Shown here one piece after another: positions 1-13,212 of a stretch of 64,000 nt of DNA. The position numbers and the translations under genes were made by a program. Each line of letters begins with the position of its first letter. Within the stretch, counting starts at the first letter, position 1. The notes beneath the pieces are model-generated. The model was not told the origin of the DNA and made no database searches. It saw only the letters and a program-made list of their open reading frames with translations. Origin of the DNA: Negaprion brevirostris (lineage: Eukaryota); the NCBI GenBank assembly GCA_030324005.1, contig JARDVH010000073.1, positions 48,823,502 to 48,887,501 of the forward strand, read 5' to 3'.

Positions 1-480
1 CCTCATCTATGTCTTGGTTACCTCTTCAAAAAAACTAAATCAAATTCGTGAGATATGATTTTCCACTCACTAAGCCATGCTAATCAGTCCTTGCAGCTCT
101 CAATGCCTGTAGATCATGTCCCTCAAAATATCTTCAAACAGAACTTACCCACCACAGATGTGAGGCTCACTGGCCTGTAGTTCGCAGGCTTTTCCCTGTA
201 GCCCTTTTTAAGCAAAGATACAACATTTCCCACCCTCCAATCTTCAGGCACCTCACCCGTGACTATCGATGATTGAAATATCTCGGCTAGGGGACCCGCA
301 ATTTCCTCTCTAGCTTCCCACAATATCCCGGGTTACACTTCTTCGGGTTCCAAAGATTTATCTACCTTGATGTGCTTGAAGACTTCCAGCACTTCTTTCT
401 CTGTAATATTTACACTCCTCAAGACATCACTATTTATTTCCCCAAGTTCCTTAACATCCATGCTTTTCTCAACATTAAAT
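1..480 (-). mobile_element. CR1-type LINE ORF2 (reverse transcriptase region) fragment, decayed
   Basis: ORF 123-323(-) reads EEIAGPLAEIFQSS..TGEVPEDWRVGNVVSLLKKG..EKPANYRPVSLTSVVGK, the typical CR1 pre-RT motif. The flanks carry frameshifts. Confidence 0.9.
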
Positions 481-1554
481 ACAGCTGAGAATATTCAAAT
501 ATTCTCGTCCATGAATGAATTTAAATAAACACTGGCAGCATTATTACTACTTCAAGCACTCAGCAATCAAAATTAGTCTTACAAATGCATAAAAATAGAG
601 TCCTTTGAATGGAGCAATAATATTTCATTACCGTTTTTGAGGCGTTAACATCCAGCAAATAGTTCTGACACCTTGAAAAGCTGGATGCTCCAGTTGAATC
701 ACATTAAATGGTTGGTATACCCTGTTCAGTGGACTTGATTGATACAAGACACATCGCTGTTTGCTGTTGTTATCAGTTTCTAGCTGGACATAATGCCCCA
801 TTTCCTGAACACTTCAGCAGCTCTCGTGGATTTGCTCATGGCTGTAAAGCAAAAGAGAGAGGAGGCTGGTTAAACATGAAATAATCTAAACCAGATCTGA
901 GCAGCGAAAGAAAGAACAAAATCTGGAGTGGAGTAGGTGAGAGACGTGAACAGAGACAGGAAGATTGAGATGTGAGGTGTTGTAATGAAGAGGGATTGGG
1001 CAGGAATACATCACAGGGTTGGCTTGAAGGTGGGGAAATTTGTTATTGTATATTCAAGGTAACCATCTGCTCATTAAGGAACTGGTCAGATTAAAAGAAA
1101 CAAACTGGTTGGAGTCCATCCAAAATGAACCAGCAATATAAATCCATTCACACATGCCTGTAAAGCTTTTTGTTTCATTTTAGATTAATTCCAATTGTTC
1201 TCTTCATATTCAGGGCTCTACGTTTCTATACAGCTGTCAATAACAAAGGTTAATTATTAAAGCCCTAAAATAAAAGGTGCCAAAATGTTGCTGCTTGCCA
1301 AAAATGGTACAAAATGCTGCACATGTTTCCTACAAGTGATTACAGTTCCAAAGGTTGCCAGCATAGCACTCTGAAGAGTCCTAGGATCACAAATAATGCT
1401 TCATACATTCAAGTTATTTATTATACATTTCACTGTTTAGTGGTTTCTGATATGTGGTCGCAACACTCTCCACTAGCACCAAGTACTCAAAATTAGTCTC
1501 CTGAAGGTCAACTCCCTTAAAATAGCAAAATAAATTCAATGACTGGGCCACACT

Positions 1555-1692
1555 TCAAAAGAAAGGGTCATCCTCCTGACTCAAAACATTGGCTCTATTC
1601 TCTCCACGCAGATGCTATCAAACTTGCTGAGTTTCTCCAGCATTTTCTGTTTTTGTTCCAGATTCCAGTATCCGCAGTATTTTGCCTTTATC
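1555..1692 (+). mobile_element. Penelope-type terminal-repeat fragment, hammerhead core decayed
   Basis: gggtcatcc..gactcaaaacattggctctattctctccac.cagatgct..ctgagtttctccagcattttctg is the reverse complement of the copies at 16815, 42132 and 62262. Confidence 0.6.
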
Positions 1693-2457
1693 AAAAAAAA
1701 GTCTCCACAATAAAAAGTGGATATTCAGTAGACATTCCTCTATCCTATACAAATCTGAAACATATTTGTGACTTTACATGCCTGTTTTCTTTTAATGAAG
1801 CAACAGGTGAGAAATTCTCCCCAAAAAGTCAGAATGTGATTCAAACAAATGGTAACTTTTAATGTGCAGTTGCCAATTAAAATCTGAAAAAAAATCAACC
1901 TTATGTTGCTTTAAAACTAATGTCAAGTATAATGTGTACATTGCCATGCAATTTGTGATGAGAAGATACCTATCTAATTCGGAATCATCTCAAGATCCTG
2001 GACAATTTGTGCTTCTTCACCATTTACCCCACAAAGAACGGCTGCTGCTCCTTCTCAATCTCCTTGTAAGTTTTCTGCATTTGCAAATCAGTTGTCATTA
2101 AATTTGCCATAGAAAATTAAGACTGATACTTAACTGAGGAAATGTTATATTCTGCCAATATCTGTCAATCTCTCCAATCCAGAAAGGGAACAATTTAAAC
2201 TATAGAATCTCATTCCTGTAGCTAATCAATAGTTGTTAGAGATGTTTTCTTACTTTTCTGCCTGGCTGTCTGTATTTAGAACATAGACAGAAAAACATAG
2301 AACATAGAACAACTACTTTCTTCTTCTGTCTTAGATTTGATACAAATTCAACTAGATGAAATGTCTTGTGCAATGATTCTGCAAGGTCCCAGATGCTCTG
2401 GTCATACGATTACTCGATTTTGCTTACAGTGAAGCTTATAGTTATTTTCTGACAGCA

Positions 2458-2586
2458 TGGCTGAAATTTTACTGCCCCACCCACCATGGGAATCGGAGCA
2501 GGTGAGCGGTGGATCATGGAAAGGTCCGTTGACCTCAGGTGGAATTTTACGGTTTCAGGACAAATGAGGTTGTAAAATCCCACCCC
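2458..2586. mobile_element. Short MITE (Harbinger-like ends)
   Basis: Ends are ggctgaaattttac and gtaaaatcccaccc. The internal atggaaaggtccgttgacctcaggtggaatttt recurs at 21318-21425. Confidence 0.6.
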
Positions 2587-2974
2587 ATGTATTTTTTCAG
2601 TTTCAGAAGCAATACCTTTAATGCAGTTTGTTGGTGACAATCCATAAGTGTACTCATTTTAATAATGGTATTAGTGTCAGAAAGACGGAAATTACCAATT
2701 TCAAAGGGATAGTAGGTGAGACAGCATCTTTATTCCTCATGTATATTGGCCACCATCACTTCCTTCAGGAGTGGCCAACCTCCTCCTGTCTTCTCCCTCT
2801 CTTGTCGGTTATGGTGTAACTTCTGCTTAAAGAGGACAGAGAAGATGGGGTTGAGAGGAATTGTATTTAATATCCATTTGTACATAACTTCACATTTCTT
2901 ACTCATTCTTCCAGTTTAAGAGATAACCCACTGGACTGTATGGCCTCTGATTGATGTCCTTCAGACTGATGTGA

Positions 2975-3686
2975 AGGATTCTGCGCCAGCCCCCTTCAGA
3001 NNNNNNNNNNNACTCAGAGAGGAACATCATTTGTGGAGCTTGCTGGTGCCTTCAATGCCTGAGTCCCTTCCTGCCCCCCACTCTCCTCCCACTGCCCCCA
3101 TATCCCACTTATGGAAGGGTGAGGGGGGGCACAGTGGACACTCCACCTGCAGAGTGGGTAGACTACAGAGGAGCTGTGAGACAGGATGTTACAGCATTGC
3201 CACTGAGGCTCATGTCCCCTGTATCAATTAGTGGTTAGTGTGAATATATATCCTGGTGATGCAGATGAGGCTCTTCATCCTCTTCTGGCATTGGTGCTGG
3301 TGGCCCAGGACACTGAATGCAGTGGCGACCTGTTTCCATGCAAGATTGGTCAGCTGGCTCCTCCCATCCCTCCTGTTCTCCGCCTGGTCAAGGAAGACAC
3401 CCAGGGACGAGTCGCTATACTTGGGCACTGCAGATTCTTGTCCCTTTCTTGCCATATCAATTGGCCTTGTTGTTAAGCTGCTATCTGGATGTTTTTTTAA
3501 AAATAGTTCCCAGATGTGATGGCAGGGCCATCCAGGCTGCACCCCGGGAAAACCCCTATTGCATAATTAATTAGATTGGGGTCACATGATAGCTCAAGAA
3601 TTCCCATTGACTCCTTTGGTGGAAGTGACTCCCCACCCCATGCCCCCACCACGGAATTTTAGTCCCAGATGGGAAAATCCTGCCTA
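2975..3686 (-). mobile_element. PIF/Harbinger transposon relic with Myb/SANT-like ORF fragment
   Basis: ORF 3228-3542(-) MARKGQESAVPKYSDSSLGVFLDQAENRRD..AWKQVATAFS..HQCQKRMK resembles the Harbinger Myb/SANT DNA-binding protein. A TIR-like gggaaaatcctgcc lies near 3671-3684. Confidence 0.65.
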
Positions 3687-4404
3687 TTGGCCTGCAGTAA
3701 TGGAATGAATAGCAAACCTTTGTGAAGAAAAACCAAATGGTCACCACTTCAGCTAGGAAAATCTTTCAAATTATTTATAATTTGTGATACTTAAGAGTTC
3801 AGGTTTTTTTTACTTTTAGTTTATCAAACACTTGTCAAAACGGTACATTGATGCTTTTAACAATTAAGTAAATTGTGCTTGCGCAAACTGAACCATGTTT
3901 CAGTGGGTATGATGAACAGCTCAAACTACCCATAATTTGATGGCAAAACTCATTCTGACCCACTGTGAGAAACTAAATTAAATATTGTACAGGAAGGAGT
4001 GTTCCTTTATAGGTTTGAGGTGAAATTCTGTTCAGAAAAAGCTGTATTAATGACGTATCAAATGCCAACCGCTGTCATGTGTATTGTACAAATATCTTAA
4101 GTGGGAGGGAGTATTACTGAATTTACACTGATAAAGGTGAGAATAACCATGTACCAGGTACGATAAATGGGAGGGATAATATCTCCATCTGCCAATGACT
4201 TCCAAACTCCTGTAGCTCCTTCCCATGATATTTCTCCAACTTGTGAACACTGGAAAGCAGGGTACTTCTAGCATATTATAGACACCAAACTTAACGATAA
4301 GTTAAAGCTACAGTGATTTAAATGGAGATGCATGCTTACAAAATGTGCAGTCTATAGATCTGAATAGCAGTATCTATCAGAACATATTCATTTTAATTAC
4401 TCAG

Positions 4405-4605
4405 TGTTCAGCAAGCTGTGGCCCAGGATATCAACAAAGGATGGTTTACTGCACCGAGGTCCACTCTGACCAAGACCATTATTCATACGATCCACCGTCA
4501 ACGTCAGTCAGTAACTGTCCAGATCCACCACCCCACAATATTAATGAATGTAATGTTCGACAGTGTCCTTCATCAGCCAGCTGGAGAGTAGGAGCCTGGA
4601 GCAAG
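4405..4605 (+). CDS. adamts20: ADAMTS20-like exon (TSP1 repeat); first coding exon found in the window
   Basis: tactcag|TGTTCA..AGCAAG|gtatgt; 201 nt; CSASCGPGYQQRMVYC..CNVRQCPSSASWRVGAWSK. Confidence 0.9.
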
Positions 4606-4799
4606 GTATGTTGTGTTTGCAAATTGCATTTTCTGTTCATTCATCCTGACTGATATTTATTCTCCATGTACACTAAAAGGAGAAAATTGACGCAAGAGGA
4701 TTGAATTTTGAATGAATGTGATTTTTCTGCAGTTTTAGTAATAGGTGCTGAGTCATACAGACAATTCTCGACTTGTGCCAAGTTAGCTGAATCAAGCCA

Positions 4800-5070
4800 G
4801 AATGACAAGGTCAGGAGGTTTAGAGGGGATGTGGAGGAAAAACACTTACACCCAGAGGGAGTCCAGGAACTCACTGCCTGAAAGGTATTGGAGGCAGAGA
4901 TCTTTGTAACATTTAAGTATTTAGATGTGCACTTGCAATGTCAAGACATACAAAGCTATAAATCAAGTGCTGAAAGGATTAGAATAGTTGGGCAATTTGT
5001 ATTTATCTGGCACAGACTGAATGGGTTGGGGGGCCTTTTACTGTGTTGCAGACCTCGATAACACTATGAA
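4800..5070 (+). mobile_element. CR1 LINE 3' end fragment
   Basis: aggtttagaggggatgtg..ggaactcactgcctgaaagg..ggaggcag..tatttagatgtgcacttg..gggccttttactgtg, typical of a CR1 ORF2 end and 3'UTR. Confidence 0.7.
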
Positions 5071-5219
5071 AGTAGAGATGCTACAATTGGCTCAGGATCT
5101 CTTGTCTATGGAGAGGAAAGTAAGTTTAAGTTCAAATTCCTGAGCACTACCCAGCAAAACCTGCATGGAAGTGCAGGTGTGTGGATACTGGTTGATGACA
5201 CATTCAGTGTTGTGCCCCT

Positions 5220-5808
5220 TTTGATCAGATTTTAACACCCATTTTTAAGGCTAATGTGAATTTTGGGCCAATTTTCCACTTTGTTTTTTCAGGAAGGTTT
5301 GGCGATAGGAGTGGAAAATCTTGCGAGCTTTGTGTTTCACGCTGATGCAATTATTTTCCCCCATCCCAACCCATGCCACCAATGATGTAATGGGAATCCT
5401 GGTGACAATTATACTACATTGACATCCTATTGTCAGGCCTCTACACCCGAATCATCCCCATCCGAGCAAAACAGTCCATTCACATTGGTGTGAGGGCAGA
5501 TTGGCATGAATCACAACTGGTGATTCCCAAGGTGCGTGTCTGGCAGGCAGAACCCCCAGAAAAGCTTAGGTGAATGCATTGCTCAGGGGCAAAAGGCTTA
5601 TGCCCAAGCGTTACCTTGGCACTGCCCAGGCAGTGCCTGTGGCCAGGAGTGGGAGAGGTGATGCCTGGTGAACATTTGTGCACTAGCAAGGTGTTTAAAA
5701 ATAGTACCTTGATCTTTCAGAAAACTATGTTGCTGTTGGAATGCTTGCCCCAACACCTTTTTCCCAGTCACTATTGCACTCTGCTAAATATGGGTAAAAT
5801 TCCACCCA
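5220..5808. mobile_element. Non-autonomous DNA transposon/MITE
   Basis: Ends in ggtaaaattccaccc like other MITEs here. The internal ttggcactgccc..cagtgcc motif resembles the element at 18498-19267. Confidence 0.45.
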
Positions 5809-6317
5809 CTGCCTCCATGTGAGGCAGCAGAAGTCAGATACATCTGTTGGGCTTGGATTCCATAAGGAGTCGATATACTCAGGGAGGAAGGGAAGGGAAG
5901 AAAATAGGCACGAGAACAATTAAAATATTTAGATTAGAGCCAAATGAACAACAGAATCTGGTTTTACCACTTAATGTTGTTTATAATGATCAAAATTTGC
6001 TTTCCAAAATCTTAGCCCACTTTGTATATTGTTTTGCAATCATTCATGATTGTCCAGTTGTATCAATCCTCTTGGTGACTGTCTCCCCTCACTAAAAAAA
6101 CAGTTGTGTTGTATCTGCAGGAATGTGAATGAATCCTGAAGTTTACTCAATGACCATACTTACTGGATCCTAAGAGTGACATAGTGACTATTGCTGAGCA
6201 GCGTTGTCTCAATGCTCACACTTGTGGCCTTCACAAGTGGGCATAAAAGGTTTCATGGCCAAGGTTTATTCCCTGGACACTGGAACAATGCCCATGCTTT
6301 CAAACAGAGTCATGTCA

Positions 6318-6638
6318 GGATGGCATGGTGGCACAGTGGTTAGCAGTACTGCCTCAGAGCGCCAGGGACCCAGGTTCAACTCTGGCCTTGAGTGACTGTG
6401 TGGAGGTTGCACATTCTCCCCTTGTCTGCGTGAGTTTCCTCTGGATGCTCCAGTTTCCTCTGTCACTCCAAAGATGTGCAGGTTATGTTGATTGGCCATG
6501 CTAAATTGCCCCTTAGTGTCATGGGGATTAGCAGGGGAAGTATGTGGAGTTATGGAGATTGTGCCTGGGTGGGATTGTTGTTGGTGCAAGCTCAGTGGGC
6601 CAAACGGCCTCCTTCTGCACTGTAGGGATTCCATGATT
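6318..6638 (+). mobile_element. HE1-type V-SINE, full length
   Basis: tRNA-like head (tggcacagtggttagc, ggttcaactc), V-domain core (ttgcacattctcccc..tgcgtgagtttcctc), ggccatgctaaattgccccttagtgtc and CR1-like tail ggcctccttctgcactgtagggatt. Confidence 0.9.
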
Positions 6639-7168
6639 TCGATGTTGCCTCTTGTGTCTGACTGATGGCACCTTTGGCTTTAACTGCTTATCTGAAAGCC
6701 TAGGAGCCCCTCAGTACTTCACTCAAGTGCCAGCTTACATTGTGCACTCTAGTCTTTGGAGGAGACTTCAGGCTTCCACAACCTGCAAGTGACACCACAG
6801 AGCCTGATCAGTCCCTAAGAGCAAACACAGAAATTAAAGCGGTCAAACTTTTGTGATGTTTAAATACTGGCTAGTATTGTTTTTTGGTTAATTGCTGGCT
6901 TTTCTTTTTGAATTTATTTAACGTTCACATTGACTTTGTCAGAGTAAAGGATGGCAGTGCTCAATGATAACATCTGTCTAATTAACCTCAGATTAAAAGG
7001 TTCGTAAGCAATTACACAACAATGAAGGAATTATCAGTTAATAATGCACTTCAGCACCAGCTGCATAATGAAGTGAATTAATATCAATGCTCTACATTTA
7101 CATGCATTATAGTTAGCATAAATCACTTGTTTTTATTCCTCACTAAGATAGCTTTCCAATTATTTCAG

Positions 7169-7298
7169 TGCTCAGTGACCTGTGGTGTTGGGATAATGGA
7201 AAGAAATGTGCAATGCCTCACTGATGACAGTCAACTTAGTGAACTGTGCCTTTCGAACCAAAAGCCACAATTCCAGATTCCATGCTTCAACGATGTTT
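7169..7298 (+). CDS. adamts20: ADAMTS20-like exon (last TSP1 repeat)
   Basis: tatttcag|TGCTCAGTG..GATGTTT|gtaagt; 130 nt; CSVTCGVGIMERNVQCLTDDSQLSELCLSNQKPQFQIPCFNDV; phase fits the neighbouring exons. Confidence 0.92.
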
Positions 7299-8846
7299 GT
7301 AAGTAGTTTGATTGCCACACGATTTTTTTTTTAAATTGTAGTAAACTTAATTGTATGTTTGATTTCATCATGAGCAATAATCAATTTGTGTCATCCCATC
7401 AGGGAATTTAATTCCTCCTTTTATCTGTGTTGTGAAAAACCTTCCAAGCAGTACCACCCAAAACCTTATTGTCTAAAAGATCACACAGCAGAAAAACGGT
7501 TGTTTTTTTTTTCCCCCGACTCTCTGCCAGAGGATTAACAAAGGAAGGATTCATACCTCCGCACCTCCCCGCCTTCCCCCAGTGAAGGGCCAACTTCCCC
7601 CAATTCAGTTCTTAAACAGAAAGTCAGTGTTCCCTCTTGGACGAGCTGATTTGATTCACAACATGTAGGTGGGCAGAGTGAAGTGCCAGACAGTGACCAT
7701 AGAAGGATGAGGTCATGAAACTCCAATCAGAGTGCTGCCAAGTTTCAGCCACTCAATACTGTTAACTCTGCAGCTGACAAAGCAAGGGAATTCCAAGCTG
7801 CACTGATTTTAGTTCACACGCTGTGATGCTGAGACAACTCTTTTTTTAAAAAAAATGACAGTTAAAATGCAACTCAAACATCCGCTTTTATTATTTATTC
7901 ACCTTTTTAAAAAAAAAATCAGAAGCTATTTTTAAGTGGAGGTGATTCACACAGCAGGCAATCCCAGTGAAAAGTGCCGGTTGCAGTGGCTGCTGGTCAG
8001 CGTAATCGCGAATCAGTAGGCCTGATTTTCTGTGGGAAAACCACAGACCCCACGATTTGCCAAGAAACACTCCCTCCTAGCAAGACCCCGTGCCAACAGG
8101 GACCGATTTAAAAATCGGCGCTCGTTCCTGCTTTCCTTTACTGTTCACTATTTTTACTAACATGTTGGGCTGAGTTTATCTCTTTTTGTTCTGACAAGTT
8201 GGAAATAATCATACGTCAGACACACAATGCTGGAGCTTCATCAGGAGTATCTCTTGCATCTCCCCATGTGGCTGGTATTCTGATAGACAAATATATTTTT
8301 ACTTGGCACATGACTGCAATGCAGCAGTGAACCCAGAATATTTATTCACAAAGCAATTAGTTGCTTGCTCTTTAGGAATAATGGCTCGGAACTTCCAAGT
8401 AGTGGCAATCATCACTGGATTGCCGCTCTGCTCAAAACTTTCCCACTTCAAAGTTCCTCTGAATTTTCAGCCAGGTCTTTCAGACCCAGCTACACCGGAA
8501 ATGTGAAGTGCGACGATTCCTCTGAGGGTTGTGTTGCAGCATTCTAGGGTGGGGAGAAGACAGGACATGCTCCCTGCCAGGGTAGTCAAGTCCAGTTGGG
8601 TGGCTGGTTGGGAGGGCGGGTTGATAGCATGATTGGAAGCGGCTGTCGGTGGTTAGGAAGCTATTTGGGGAATAGAGGAGCCAGGGTGTGGTTAATAGAG
8701 TTTGAAGAGAAAAATCCGCGCGTAAGGCGAGAGTCAGTGGATCGGAGGATAATCAGGACATCAGAGAGTGGTCAGTTCTGTAGTTACCTAGGAGTTAAAC
8801 CAAGTTTATCTGTCTTGCATTTCCTGAGTAACTATTCAAGTCAGTA

Positions 8847-9003
8847 AATCATAGAATCCCTACAGTGCGGAAGAAGACCATTTGACCCATCAAGCCTGCA
8901 TCACCCACAATCCCACCCATGCCTTATCCCCACAACCCTCGCTAATCCCCCTGATACAAAGGGGCAATTTAGCATGGCCAATCCATCTAACCTGCATATC
9001 TTT
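8847..9003 (-). mobile_element. 5'-truncated HE1-type SINE nested in an older repeat
   Basis: aatcatagaatccctacagtgc..ggggcaatttagcatggccaatcc, flanked by gtcagta / gtcagaa as a possible TSD. Confidence 0.8.
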
Positions 9004-11559
9004 GTCAGAACTGTCTGAAGTCTCAAACTCCAGTGGAAGATCCTGGCAGAAGGGGGATTGCCCATTGGATGTTGAAAGGTTTTGAGCAATTCCCAGGGGG
9101 GTCAGCACATGAGGACTTGCACTGTGTGTGTGGTCTCTGATGATCTGGAAAAGTTGAGCCAGTATGTCAGGCTGGATTATCACAGGGCTGACCCCCTGCA
9201 CCCCAGCATAAAGGTCAGGGAAGAAACTGCTTACAGTTTAGCTGGCTCACCCCACTTTAGTTTTTTCAGGCAGTGGCCCTTCAGTTAGCATGAGGCATGA
9301 TTTCCAACTATCTGCAGGAGGATGTCTTGCCTCAGAGCTGCTGGCCAATTGGAGGTAGGCAGCACCAGCATTAGCAGGTCCACACACTACACACCCATAC
9401 ATACACCTACCTCTACACTTATATTCACGCACAGACCAGTGGACACGTGCACGTACCACAGAAAGCTATGGAGGCCAAGACACTGGAGGGAGATAGATTT
9501 TTTTTGTGATTTTAATGGCATCAAAGGTTATGGGAAGAAAACAGAAATATGGCATTGAGATTGACGATCAGCCATGATCATATTGAATGCCAGAGCAGGC
9601 TCGAAGGGCCTGTTCCTACTTTCTGTGTTTCATGCATAAACAAACAATCCAATGTGTGATTATACACATTCATATTCTCACATGCATAATCTCACACACC
9701 CATGCACATATACTTGCTATCTCACATCGCATACATCATGACTGGCACACCTACACTTGCACGCAGGCGTCATCCACATCCTCTCCCTTGCTCCCACACC
9801 TGAGCTGACCTAAACCTGCTGGACCAACCCCAACCAGACCCTTGCCCACTCCCCCCACCACCCCCATCTCAGCCCTACCTAACCCTGCGACATGACTCAG
9901 CTGGGCTACTGCCTGCTGACCTGATCTGATTTCACTAACCCACTTGGGCAGCCCCTCCCGCCCTCCCGCCCCAACCCAGCTGGATCCACATCCTGAACCA
10001 ATCTGACCCCCAAATCTCCTGATGTTTAAATTCCTATTATCTACCATGTCACCTCCAAACCCAACCTCCAATCCCTTCGGTGTCTGACAACCCCAGACCC
10101 ACTGATGTCTAAGCCTCCACACCCCACCCCTCCCAATGTCCGCCTCACCTCCCTTATCGAAATCCTACCCACATATCTTAGACATTTATCCTATCCCTGG
10201 CTTTCTACTTCCAATGAGCTCTTTAAACCTCTCTCTTTCACAGCAGCTAATACCATAAAAAAGGGGGCTCTGTCCTCCTTCGCTCCAATTCTTTTAGACC
10301 ATGACACTGGGTCCCTGTGTTACCTGGATTTTATCCATCTGGAATCAGGAAGTTTGGGCATGATAGGCGTGGATGGAATTTGTGTAGTTAAGTATGTATG
10401 GAGTGGCAATCTGATGCTGATTGCCACTCCGAGGAAGTTGTATCTCACAAGGTGCTTCTCTCTCCCTGACCCACTCTTCTCCCTTTCCCACTCTGTCAAT
10501 ATCTCCACTTTATCGCTGTCTTTCAATGCACCCCCTTTGCCACTCTGCTTCTTGATCTCCACCTCTAGCACCACTATCCTTGATTCTTTTGCAAACATTT
10601 CACGTTCAAATCAACTTATTTTTCAAAGTAATTTCCATGTGGTTAAGTAAGAAGTAATTTTTAACTGCAAATGTTTCTGATGCATGCTTTCTTTCTACTG
10701 CATTTGAAATTTTCTTCAAGTGAATTCATCTAAACAGGGAACTCCATTCCACTGCAAGTAGAAAGCACGTTCAAGCTGAATGCATTCTTGGAATCCTTGG
10801 TTCATCAATTGAAGCATTCTGACCAATGGACCCACACACAAGTTGGGGGATGGTTGGCACCACGGGTTCAGCAAGAGCTACCCGTCTTTACTGGCCAGAA
10901 ACATGCAGGGTGAGACCTGCCGANNNNNNNNNNNNNNNNNNNNNNNNNNNNNNNNNNNNNNNNNNNNNNNNNNNNNNNNNNNNNNNNNNNNNNNNNNNNN
11001 NNNNNNNNNNNNNNNNNNNNNNNGGATTTCCTCTCAGATTGAGGATGAAGTCCCGTCTTTAAGAACTGTTGGCCAATCAAATGGGCTGATAGTTCCCTTG
11101 TCCCAGCAGCACCATCGGGAACAGTGGCCAGTGTCGGGACTGCAGCAAGGAAAGCATGCTGGAATGGAACCTGGATAAAGGAGGCGGGGCAGCTGGTGGG
11201 GCGGGGAGGGATGAGGAAATACAAAGGGGGGAATACCTTAGGATGGCCATCGATGGCCACAGGCTGCCTTACCTGACCACCAGTGCTCTCGGTTTCATCT
11301 GACATGCTGGAATCTTGGTGCAGGCCTGCCCACTGGGAGTAAAGTGCCAATCGATGTGGGAGCTGGCTCTTAGGTAGCGATTAATTAGCTCACCAAGGCT
11401 GCCGCCAACACTTATAAAATTGCAGTGGGTACTTCGTGGGTGGACTAGCAGTGATGGAGCGCAACCTAACTTATATGTCCACCCACCTGCTTTTCTGCCC
11501 ATAGGTGTCTCACAAAATTTAGCCATTATATAATATACGTATCTTGATTTTTGTTTCCT

Positions 11560-11900
11560 GCTTTCAAACTCTCCCCTCTTAATGCCTTCCAGCACATCTG
11601 AAAGTGCTTTACAATCAAATCCTTCTGAAGTAGTCACTTTTGTAACTCAGGAAAGCATGGTTGCTAATTTGCAGACAGCAAATGGTCTCACACTTAGCAA
11701 TTAGATAATGACCAGATAATCTGTTGTCAGNNNNNNNNNNAGAACACCAGGGCAGTAGCCTTGCTGCTGAAGAAATCTAATTCGAAGGATACATGGGCTT
11801 TGGTTAAGTGCCTGGTTTGAACGACCACATTTCTGATGGTGTAGTGCTCCCTGACTTCTAACTGAAGAGACATGAGTATTCTCACTGGGCTGAACCCAAC
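11560..11900 (-). mobile_element. DeuSINE-like element (SacSINE1/AmnSINE1 related)
   Basis: Reverse-complement match to the 30030-30712 copies: aaagtgctttaca..ctgaagtagtcact..ataatgaccagataatctg. Confidence 0.6.
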
Positions 11901-11967
11901 ATTGAACCTTATAGTTTAATATCCCATGGATGATATTGCACTACATATAATCTTTTGATGTTTTAAG

Positions 11968-12062
11968 GTGATGTTTCAACAAGTTGCAGTGATATCCAGA
12001 AGACAAAGCAAGTACACAGGGATGGAGAATACCTGCTCAAAATTGAAGGCAAAATGATAAAG
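11968..12062 (+). CDS. adamts20: ADAMTS20-like exon (start of GON domain)
   Basis: ttttaag|GTGATGTT..ATAAAG|gtattg; 95 nt; (C)DVSTSCSDIQKTKQVHRDGEYLLKIEGKMIK. Confidence 0.92.
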
Positions 12063-12140
12063 GTATTGTGCTAACAAACTGCATACTGTTTACTCAGAAT
12101 CATGAGTGTTACATCATTATGTTGATACTTTGGTTTGCAG

Positions 12141-12235
12141 ATATATTGTGCAGGAATGCATTCTGATTATCCCAGGGAATATGTAACTTTATCCAGTGGG
12201 GAGGCAGACAACTATTCCGAAGTCTATGGATACAG
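12141..12235 (+). CDS. adamts20: ADAMTS20-like exon (GON domain)
   Basis: tttgcag|ATATATTGT..TACAG|gtaagt; 95 nt; [31 protein letters not shown](R). Confidence 0.95.
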
Positions 12236-12327
12236 GTAAGTAATTTATTGGTGGAATATTAAATAACCACCTTATTCATTAAGTCGTGCTTGTGTAAGAA
12301 TTACAGTTGCAGATATTTTTCCATTTA

Positions 12328-12715
12328 AAAAAAACTTGTATTCATATAGCCATCTCTCAAATATTCAGGATTCAACCTGCTCTGAAAATGCTTTGCAAAC
12401 AATTCATAACTTTTTGAAGTGCTGTCATTTTTCTTTCAGAGATAAATGTGGCTATTTTCACACAGCAAGGTACCAAATGGAAATGAAATAAAATAACTTG
12501 CGTTTGTTGAGGGATATATATCACACACAGCACATGTTTTTGTTTTCTTTTAATAATGCTATGATATCTTTTAGAATTATCCAGACAAGCATATTTGGCA
12601 TCCATTTGAAAGATAGGCTTAGTATTAAATGCAGGTGTCAACTTAGAGCATATTCTGCAGACGCTGGCGTTTGAACCAAAAACCTTCTGATGTTAAAGGA
12701 GAGTGTTATCACTGA
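12328..12715 (-). mobile_element. Old DeuSINE-like element
   Basis: aaaacttgtattcatatagc tail, tgctttgcaaacaat..tttttgaagtgctgtca body and tttgaaccaaaaaccttctga head remnant. Confidence 0.5.
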
Positions 12716-13212
12716 TGGAATTTAAAAACCAATTGATTAAAAACAATAGTTTTCTGTGGTATTTGTGATAAGAAATGAGTTTTCTTCTTCTTTGATTTAC
12801 AGTCGGTGAATATCATTCGCAGAACATTCTGCAAGGAGGATTAAATATTAATATTTAAATATTAAATCTCATTCACATGAGATTTATTAACACTCAAAAC
12901 CTGACTGATAGAACAGTTATCAGTTCACTGTGTTTTGCTTCTACACCTGGGATAGAATGAAAACTTGCAGACAAGACATCAGCCACTTCCCCACAACGGC
13001 ACCCAGGAGGCTAGGCTTCCCTCCCACAGCGCATGCAGAATTCTGACCCAATAATATAAATATGCAGCTCCCCAGTTGGAAGCATTTTTTCCCACTGCCC
13101 ATCTCCAGTGCACAGCAATAGCATAATATTGCAAGATCTGCCCTGGAGCTGCCTTCAAATGGGATGGATCCATTCAATGTTGACTCATTGGCAAATTTGA
13201 GTATTCAGAACA

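Noticed and set aside
1-4404. Additional upstream ADAMTS TSP1 exon
   Set aside because: I found no CSxxCG...WxxW exon with valid splice sites; earlier exons probably lie before the window.
6318-6400. tRNA gene candidates (A/B boxes here and at 27186, 59337)
   Set aside because: They continue into SINE bodies and lack a full cloverleaf, so they are SINE heads.
10105-10650. 181-aa plus-strand ORF
   Set aside because: Pyrimidine-rich, repeat-derived sequence with no domain or supported splice structure.
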